Part shown: positions 57,661-64,000 of the stretch, one piece after another
Layout: every line of letters starts with the position of its first letter
Position numbering within the stretch: position 1 is the stretch's first letter
Assembly (NCBI GenBank): GCA_963715335.1
Contig: CAVQRZ010000009.1
Span: 1-64,000, forward strand
Direction: 5' to 3'
From: an uncultured delta proteobacterium
Lineage (GTDB): Bacteria > Desulfobacterota > Desulfuromonadia > Desulfuromonadales > BM103
DNA length: 64,000 nt
Program-made: the position numbers and the translations under genes
Notes under the pieces: generated by a model
What the model was told of the DNA's origin: nothing
What the model saw: only the letters and a program-made list of their open reading frames with translations
Database searches by the model: none

Positions 57661-58509
57661 CTATTCGGCTTTGACAATATGCACATCCCGTTGTGGGAAA
57701 GGGATACTGATTTGCGCTTCGATTAACGCTTTGTGGATCGCCAGGTTCACTCGGTAGAGCAGATTAAAGTACATTTTGGTCGGCACCCAGTAACGCAGGC
57801 CGATATTGATTGATGATTCCGCGAACTCTTCGATACCAATCTGCGGGGCCGGTTCCTGAGTAATCTCCTCAAAACCGGTCAAGACCTGTTGTAAAACTTC
57901 GATGGCTTGTTCCGGGTCATCCCGGTAAGAAATCCCCACGCTCGTCTCAATGACCCTGTTCTCAAATGAGTTCACCAGGATTTCGCCTACGATATGCTTG
58001 TTGGGGATGGTTATCTGTTCGCCATCCTCGGTGTCAAGCAGGGTCGCGGCCAGACGGATCTCATCCACTACACCTCTGACCCCCTGCACCGTGATGGTGT
58101 TGCCAACCACAAAGGGGCGAGTCAGAATCAGGGTCAGTCCGGCACCGTAGTTGGATAAAGGACCCGCGATGGCAAAGCTGCTACCAAAAGCCAGGGCACC
58201 TAGAGCGGCGATAAATGGCGCGATGGAAATACCAAACTTGCCAATGGCTATAATGATGACAAACATCATCACTATAAGTTTGACGCTGCTAGCGAGGAAT
58301 TTCGACAGCGTGATGTCGATATTGCGCTTTTCGCAGACCCGCAACACCAATCTCGACAGCCAGCCAGAAAGCTTGAGGCCGATAATCAGAATAATCAGCG
58401 CACCGACGATCTGGAAGCTGTACTGAATGCAGAACTCAACTACCACGTCGATGATCTTCTGCAGTATCTGGAGTTCTTCGCCGATCAACGCATTGGCTTC
58501 AGGATTCAT
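57661..58509 (-). CDS. mscS: Small-conductance mechanosensitive channel
   Basis: Three TM helices, LSNYGAGLTLILTRPFVVG, ITIPN, VGISY, IPFPQRDVH. Confidence 0.92.
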   Translation of the reverse strand: MNPEANALIGEELQILQKIIDVVVEFCIQYSFQIVGALIILIIGLKLSGWLSRLVLRVCEKRNIDITLSKFLASSVKLIVMMFVIIIAIGKFGISIAPFIAALGALAFGSSFAIAGPLSNYGAGLTLILTRPFVVGNTITVQGVRGVVDEIRLAATLLDTEDGEQITIPNKHIVGEILVNSFENRVIETSVGISYRDDPEQAIEVLQQVLTGFEEITQEPAPQIGIEEFAESSINIGLRYWVPTKMYFNLLYRVNLAIHKALIEAQISIPFPQRDVHIVKAE

Positions 58510-58570
58510 CTGAGTACCTCCCAGGTTCGTATGGAGTTAGACAAAGCGATCATTGATTAAGGGCTTTTGG

Positions 58571-58630
58571 TTTTGAGTGTCTCCGACTCCCAAGTGTCCC
58601 CGGCTCCTTAGGATAGGGATTGTGTCCCCC
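58571..58630. repeat. Degenerate REP half-sites
   Basis: TTTTGAGTGTCTCCG, CAAGTGTCCCCGGCTCC, GTGTCCCC. Confidence 0.65.
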
Positions 58631-58650
58631 GATTTACACTTGCTGATTGG

Positions 58651-60351
58651 CTATAGCCTCCCCGAACGGATGATGGAGATGACCAGCCACAAGCCGAGAA
58701 AGGCGGCGATGCCGAAGACGATGAAACCGAGGGCCGAAAAGCCGTAGAGGCTCGGCCCCACCTTCAGGGCATGCATGATCGCAGAACAGAGGAGCATGGC
58801 GCTGATGATCATCGCCATGACGATGCGGTTGATCGAGCGGTCGAAATCCTTGATGATCGGATCCAGCCCCTTGATGGTGATCTTGGTGTTGATATCATCA
58901 CGCAGCACCTTGCTGATAATCCTCTTCAGCTGCTTTGGCAGTATGGCCATGAATTCTGCGCCTTCGTGGAGATGTTTGATTGATTTTTTGGCGATCCGCT
59001 CGGGATTGGACTTTTCGGTCGCTGCCCGGTCGAGGTACGGACGGGAGGCGGTCACAATGTCGAACTCAGGATCAAGCATGGTGCCCATCCCCTGAATCAG
59101 GAGCATCGCTTTGTGGATCAAAAGCAGGTCTGACGGAATCTTCATCTTGTGTTTTATGATGACCTTCAGGACCGCGCCCAGGTATTCAGCAAAGTTTACT
59201 TCACTCAGAGGCAGGCCTTGCATGGGCTCGATAAAATCGGCAATGTCCTCCTTGAAATCCCTCCGGTAGGCATCGATGTCGATATCCTCGGGGATGAAGC
59301 CCATCTCTATGTGCTGGTCGATCAGCAGATCGAAATCCCGGGTGATGAAGGCCAGAAAGATGTTCACCAGGATCGCCTTCAACTCGTCGTTCACCGTGCC
59401 GCACATGCCGAAATCCATGAAGCCGAGACAGCCGTTCGACATGACCATCAGATTGCCGGGGTGGGGATCGGCGTGGAAGAAACCGTCCTCCAGCACACTC
59501 TTGAAATAGGCATCGACACCAACCTGGGCAACTTTTTTCCGGTCCACCCCCATGGCGGTGATCCCCTCCAGGTCATCGACTCTCACCCCGCGGATCCGTT
59601 CCATGACCAGCACCCGCTCGGTGGTGTAATCATGGTAGAGCAGAGGGATGTGGATCCCTTCGAAATCCTGAAACAGACGGCGCAGGCGGATACAGTTGCG
59701 CCCCTCCTCACGGAAGTTCAACTCCCTGCGGATGGTCCTCTGGAACTCCACCACGATCCCCACCGGGTTGAGGAAACGGCTATCCGGGATGTGGGCTTCC
59801 ATGAGGCGGGCCACGGTGAAGAGGATCTCGATGTCGGTTTGGATGGTGGTGGCGATGTCCGGTCTCTGGACCTTGACGATCACTTCGCTGCCGTCGAGCA
59901 GGGTGGCCGCATGGACCTGGCCGATCGAGGCAGCGGCCAGCGGCACCGGGTCAAAGTCGCGGAAGATTTCGGCATGCGGCCGTTTGAGCTCTTCTTCGAC
60001 GATGCGCAGGGCGATTTGAGCGGAGAACGGCGGAACCTGATCCTGCAGCAGCTGGAACTCGTTGGCGAACCGGATAGGCACCAGGTCAGGCCGGGAACCG
60101 ATGACCTGGGCCAGCTTGATAAAGGTTGGGCCGAGTTCGGTAAATGCCGTCCGCAGACGCTGCGGGGCATAGGGCCCGCGCAGGATCGTCGGCCAACTGG
60201 TGAATGAACCGAGGCGTCTGAAGAAAGGGATGAACCTTCCCAGGTGAATCTGGTCGATGAAGTTGCCGAAACCGTGTCTGATGAAGACATTGACTATTTT
60301 GCGGAGACGGCGGGCAATCCGGTAATTTTTCGACAGGTACAAAAAGCTCAT
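58651..60351 (-). CDS. ABC1/AarF/UbiB family atypical kinase
   Basis: LGPTFIKLAQ, PLAAASIGQVH, VKVQRP, FHADPHPGN, DFGM. Confidence 0.92.
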   Translation of the reverse strand: MSFLYLSKNYRIARRLRKIVNVFIRHGFGNFIDQIHLGRFIPFFRRLGSFTSWPTILRGPYAPQRLRTAFTELGPTFIKLAQVIGSRPDLVPIRFANEFQLLQDQVPPFSAQIALRIVEEELKRPHAEIFRDFDPVPLAAASIGQVHAATLLDGSEVIVKVQRPDIATTIQTDIEILFTVARLMEAHIPDSRFLNPVGIVVEFQRTIRRELNFREEGRNCIRLRRLFQDFEGIHIPLLYHDYTTERVLVMERIRGVRVDDLEGITAMGVDRKKVAQVGVDAYFKSVLEDGFFHADPHPGNLMVMSNGCLGFMDFGMCGTVNDELKAILVNIFLAFITRDFDLLIDQHIEMGFIPEDIDIDAYRRDFKEDIADFIEPMQGLPLSEVNFAEYLGAVLKVIIKHKMKIPSDLLLIHKAMLLIQGMGTMLDPEFDIVTASRPYLDRAATEKSNPERIAKKSIKHLHEGAEFMAILPKQLKRIISKVLRDDINTKITIKGLDPIIKDFDRSINRIVMAMIISAMLLCSAIMHALKVGPSLYGFSALGFIVFGIAAFLGLWLVISIIRSGRL

Positions 60352-60568
60352 CAGGTGATCCTTTGCATGGAGGCGGCTCGCTCTGGGCGCGGCTGCCGGA
60401 AAGTCTTCGAGGCAGGGTGCCGCCCTTGACTCAGGACATTTAACGGTTTGGTTTGTCCGATGTCAAGGTCTGAGCCCTTTTCCGGGCTATAATTGGCGAC
60501 GGCTGTTGCGATCTACCGGGAAAACACTAATATTGTACTTGTTTGCGACCACAAGGGAGGGCAACAGG

Positions 60569-61360
60569 ATGAGCCAGCAACGGCTTTACCACATCGGCTT
60601 CGGCCGCAAAGACCTCGGCGCGATGCCGCCGACCACCGCCCTGCTCTGCGGCGACCCGGAGCGGGCACGGCGCATCGCCATGCAGACCGACGGCGTCAAA
60701 TGCCTGGCGACGCTCTCGGAGAACCGCGGCCTGCACAGCTACCTGTGTGAAAACGCCGACGGTCGCAAGTTCGTCGCCAGCACCAGCGGCATGGGGGCGC
60801 CATCACTGTCGATCGTCGTCAACGAACTGGTCGCGGTCGGTATCCGCACCATCATCAGGGTCGGCACCAGCGGCGGCATCGGCCAAGAGGTCAAAGCCGG
60901 CGATCTGGTGATCTCCAGCGCCGCACTCTGCCGTCAGGGCGCTGCCCTTGATATCGCCCCGGCCGAGTTTCCTGCCGCCGCGGACCCCTATGTCACCGTG
61001 GCCTTGACCGGTGCGGCGAAAAAGCTCGGCATCGCTGCGCACCTCGGCGTTACGGCGAGCGTCGACACCTTCTACGAGGGACAGGAACGCAGCGACTCGG
61101 CCAACCCGCACCTGTTGCGCTGTCTGCACGGGATCAGTGAGGAGTACCGCCAGCTAAGGATTCTCAATTACGAGATGGAGGCCGGCACCCTGTTCAAAAT
61201 GGGCCTGGTTTATGGCTTTGCCGCAGGCTGTGTCTGTGCGGTGCTGGCTGAACGGTTGGTGGCGGAGTCTGTCGACCTGGCTGTCAAGCAGCAAGCCGAG
61301 CGAGATGCGGTACGGGTAGCACTGGGGGCTCTTCAGGATTTGGGGAACGGGGACACTTAA
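60569..61360 (+). CDS. Nucleoside (uridine) phosphorylase family
   Basis: YHIG, GDPERA, SGMGAPS, IRVGTSG, DTFYEGQER, NYEME. Confidence 0.88.
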   Translation: MSQQRLYHIGFGRKDLGAMPPTTALLCGDPERARRIAMQTDGVKCLATLSENRGLHSYLCENADGRKFVASTSGMGAPSLSIVVNELVAVGIRTIIRVGTSGGIGQEVKAGDLVISSAALCRQGAALDIAPAEFPAAADPYVTVALTGAAKKLGIAAHLGVTASVDTFYEGQERSDSANPHLLRCLHGISEEYRQLRILNYEMEAGTLFKMGLVYGFAAGCVCAVLAERLVAESVDLAVKQQAERDAVRVALGALQDLGNGDT

Positions 61361-61426
61361 AAGGGACACTTGTTTTCAAGTGTCCCCAGCTCAAAAGGGA
61401 CACTCAATTTTGAGTGTCCCCGGCTC
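61348..61426. repeat. Compound REP-like element overlapping the phosphorylase stop codon
   Basis: GGGGACACTTAAAA-GGGACACTTGTTTTCAAGTGTCCCC-AGCTCAAAA-GGGACACTCAATTTTGAGTGTCCCCGGCTC. Confidence 0.9.
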
Positions 61427-61465
61427 TGAGCTGGTGAAAAAGGGCGGTTTCCGGACAGAAACGAA

Positions 61466-61975
61466 TTAGCTGATACCCGCTTCTTCCTGCAGCAGAGACA
61501 CCCAGGCGGCCAGGCGCTGCTCGGTAAGCTGGTCCTGATTTTCGACATCAAGGGGCAGACCGAGGAAATAATCCCCTTCAACCGCGGCGGAGGCAGAGTA
61601 ATCGTAGCCTTTATCCGGCCATTTGCCGATGATGGTCGCTCCGGCCGCCACCGCCAGATCATGCAGTGCCTTCATCCCGTCGACAAAGGCATCGGGGTAA
61701 CCGACCTGATCTCCGACCCCGTACAAAGCGACCTTTGCCCCCTCCAACTGTGCCTCGCGCAGGCAGTCATAGGCGTCGTTCCAGTCGTTTTGCAGGCGAT
61801 CCCCCTCATCATGCCAGCTTGAAGTGCCGAGAATCAGCAGGTCACAGCTTTCCAGATCCGCCCGGGTTGCGTTGGCAATGGGATAAAGGCGTGCGGTGGT
61901 GATTCGCTCCGCAAGACGTTGCGCGATTAAGGCGGTATTGCCAGTGCTGCCGCCGTAAAATATTCCGATTTTCAT
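61466..61975 (-). CDS. fldA: Long-chain flavodoxin
   Basis: IGIFYGGSTGNT, LILGTSSW, YGVGDQVGYPDAFVDG, FLGLPLDVENQ. Confidence 0.92.
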   Translation of the reverse strand: MKIGIFYGGSTGNTALIAQRLAERITTARLYPIANATRADLESCDLLILGTSSWHDEGDRLQNDWNDAYDCLREAQLEGAKVALYGVGDQVGYPDAFVDGMKALHDLAVAAGATIIGKWPDKGYDYSASAAVEGDYFLGLPLDVENQDQLTEQRLAAWVSLLQEEAGIS

Positions 61976-62069
61976 GATGACTCCTTTATCGACGAAGATA
62001 AAATCAATTTAAAACGTTAACCAGTTTGACATGTTAGCATATCAGCGCGGTCAGAGTGGAGTGGGATCA

Positions 62070-62125
62070 GGGAACGGGGACACTTAAAAGGGACACTTGT
62101 TTTCAAGTGTCCCCGGCTCCGGCTC
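62070..62125. repeat. Compound REP-like element
   Basis: GGGAACGGGGACACTTAAAAGGGACACTTGTTTTCAAGTGTCCCC, identical to the start of the 61.35-kb copy. Confidence 0.9.
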
Positions 62126-62148
62126 TAGATGGGCTCCCATTTTTCGAA

Positions 62149-63297
62149 TCAATACCCGGTCAACTCAACATAGCCGACACCACCGAGCGGACTGTCACGC
62201 TGCGTGCCTTGCACAGAGACCGCACCTTCCCAGTAGCGCACGGTTGTCTGCAACTCCTGGTCAGCCAGAACCGGGGTTATGTCCAGGCTGATGCCTTGTT
62301 TGACCATGTCCAGCCTCCATTTGGCCGGATACCTTGCGCCGCTCTTGTCACTCTGCCAATGCTCAAGCACCTTGATTTGCAGATCACCTGGCTGCAATCT
62401 CCGGGTCGCTCCGTCTGCCTCGACCAGGACTCCGCTGCTCAAAGGATCGGGCGTACCGTCCTGCAAACGAAGCTGGTAATACATCAACTCGCGGCCGTCA
62501 TCGAATTGCAGACTGAACCAGTCCCAGCCAATCTGGTCTTCGCCCAGGGCACTCGTGCTCCACTCGCGATCCAGCCAGCTGGTGCCGGCAACCTGAAAGG
62601 GTTCCCCCGCAATCACAATCCGCCCGGAGGTCGCCAAACGGGTCATGGAATAGTAGTAAGACGCATTGCCGGGCTGAGCGCTTTTTTGACTCAGCCCGTT
62701 CTGGCCCTGCAAAACGATCGGCTTGGCACTCTGCAAATGCAAATCGATCGCGACGTCATCTTCGCTGGCGGAAAGCCTCATCGGCAAAGGTTCGCCCTGC
62801 CCGCCCTCGACACGCCAGTCTTCCAGCCAGACCTGGAAAGGTTCGGCCTGGGCTCCGGCCAGCCCCAAAGAGTCGCGGCTAAAGCGCTCAAAATAATAAA
62901 ACCGCCCGCTGACCGGGTCAGTCAGGGCGAAGTGGCCCATGTAGACCTGGTTGGTCGCCCAGCTGGACGCCCGCTGCGGCGGCTCGGGCGTCAATGCGGT
63001 CCGGAAAAAGGTCAACTGGTAGCCGAAACGGCGCTGGTTTGCGGAGAGCAGGTTGCCCGTGTAGTACCACCATTCGGTTTTGAAGCGGGGGTGCGGACCA
63101 TGATCGAGCGGGAAGCGGAACTGCCGCGGCCGGTCGGCTCGCGCATAGTCCCCCGCCTCGGCACCGCCCAGCAGCTGATCGACGCTCAGCGCCTGCCCCG
63201 GCTTGGTCTCGGCAGGCGCTTGCCCTGCCAGGCAGAGAAGGCCGGCCGCGGCCAGCGCGCAGCCCAGAACCAGAGAGATGAAGAGCCGTGTATTCAT
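62149..63297 (-). CDS. CrtC/AttH-like lipocalin-fold secreted protein
   Basis: FPLDHGPHP.FKTEWWY.TG, SYYYS, SWLDREWS, GWDWFSLQ, YWEGAV, GYVELTGY. Confidence 0.9.
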   Translation of the reverse strand: MNTRLFISLVLGCALAAAGLLCLAGQAPAETKPGQALSVDQLLGGAEAGDYARADRPRQFRFPLDHGPHPRFKTEWWYYTGNLLSANQRRFGYQLTFFRTALTPEPPQRASSWATNQVYMGHFALTDPVSGRFYYFERFSRDSLGLAGAQAEPFQVWLEDWRVEGGQGEPLPMRLSASEDDVAIDLHLQSAKPIVLQGQNGLSQKSAQPGNASYYYSMTRLATSGRIVIAGEPFQVAGTSWLDREWSTSALGEDQIGWDWFSLQFDDGRELMYYQLRLQDGTPDPLSSGVLVEADGATRRLQPGDLQIKVLEHWQSDKSGARYPAKWRLDMVKQGISLDITPVLADQELQTTVRYWEGAVSVQGTQRDSPLGGVGYVELTGY

Positions 63298-63300
63298 GAG

Positions 63301-64000
63301 CTACTCGTAGCGCATCGCCAGCGCCGGCGAGGTCCGCGCCATGCGCCAGGCCGGGTAAATGCCCGCAGCGAGTGCGGCAAGCACGGACAGGGCCAGCGCC
63401 TGGAGCAGGACGCCGGGATCGATGGAGATGGCCATGCTCCAGCCGAAGGAGCGCTGGTTGATGACCAGGATCAGGGCCAGGGCCTGCAAGATGCCAAGGG
63501 GCAAAGCGAGCAGCCCGGCGATCAGGCCGACAATGCTCGTCTCGGCGATGACCAGGCGCCACAGCTGCTGCGGCGTCAAGCCGTTCGCGCGCAGGACCGC
63601 CAGCTCCCTGGCCCGCTCTATCTGCATCGCCATCAGGGCATTGAGGATGCCGATGAAGGCCACCAGCACCGCCAGCATGCGCAGGACCGAAGTGACGGCA
63701 AAGGTGCGGTCGAAGGTCGCGAGCGAGGCTTCACGCAGGCCCCGGTTGGAATAAACCATGACCTGCTGCTTCCCCGCTGCGGCGCGCCTGAGCTGCTCGG
63801 CAATGCGCTCTGCATCATAGCCGTCTTCAAGATAGGCGGCCAGGGCATCGACCTGATCATCAAGCCAGTATTTCTGGTAGAGGTGACGGCCCATGGTGAT
63901 GCGTCCGCGGTCGGAGCCGTAGTCGGTGAAGACGCCGGCGACCAGGAAAGACCGCTCGCCCTGGTCGGTGCGCAACGAGATGCTGTCGCCCTGCGCGAGG
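63301..64000 (-). CDS. FtsX/MacB-like ABC transporter permease (AttFG-like), truncated by window edge
   Basis: FDRTFAVT..L, ERARELAVLRANG, INQRSFGW, YPAWRMAR..PA.AMRYE. Confidence 0.88.
   Translation of the reverse strand, partial: LAQGDSISLRTDQGERSFLVAGVFTDYGSDRGRITMGRHLYQKYWLDDQVDALAAYLEDGYDAERIAEQLRRAAAGKQQVMVYSNRGLREASLATFDRTFAVTSVLRMLAVLVAFIGILNALMAMQIERARELAVLRANGLTPQQLWRLVIAETSIVGLIAGLLALPLGILQALALILVINQRSFGWSMAISIDPGVLLQALALSVLAALAAGIYPAWRMARTSPALAMRYE

Noticed and set aside
61995..62020. Fur box upstream of flavodoxin
   Set aside because: GATAAAATCAATTTAAAAC is only a loose match; plausible biologically but not supportable by eye
52507..62125. Palindromic repeats as CRISPR repeats or IS ends
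   Set aside because: Dispersed, not regularly spaced, and no transposase or cas gene in the window

Overview
A 64-kb chromosomal segment, probably from a Desulfuromonadales-like deltaproteobacterium (inferred from the multiheme cytochromes, sigma54 promoters, GEMM riboswitch style and REC-PilZ protein). It spans the replication terminus: a 28-bp dif site lies at 49675-49702, and gene orientation and KOPS-like motifs converge on it. Main blocks: (1) 1-11.9 kb, a Caulobacter-type sphingolipid/anionic-ceramide locus (edge of a CerR-like reductase, fatty acyl-AMP ligase, HIT protein, bCerS-like GNAT, MobA-like NTP transferase, TagD-like cytidylyltransferase, second LptF/LptG pair, metallophosphoesterase, CDP-alcohol transferase, ceramide-kinase-like and Tam41-like proteins); (2) tdh-kbl; (3) 14.6-41.4 kb, the most striking block: a sigma54 promoter, one c-di-GMP-I riboswitch before a Pal-like lipoprotein, then a triple-tandem c-di-GMP-I riboswitch array (predicted OFF switches) leading a 3369-aa DUF11/isopeptide-type adhesin, a 1.7-kaa multi-OmpA/beta-barrel protein and a complete Agl-Glt-core-like module (three TPR proteins, GltF-like, ExbB/TolQ, two ExbD, GltG/TonB-like), with a REC-PilZ gene nearby; (4) a sigma54-led surface cassette (STN-HEAT, frameshifted PEP-CTERM, signal-peptide tail-collar protein, Sel1, acyltransferase) next to dif; (5) 50-64 kb, ordinary metabolic/envelope genes with a GGGACACTTG-TTTT-CAAGTGTCCCC REP-like palindrome family. 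Three genes carry frameshifts that may be sequencing indels. All family assignments come from motif recognition by eye; no searches were run.
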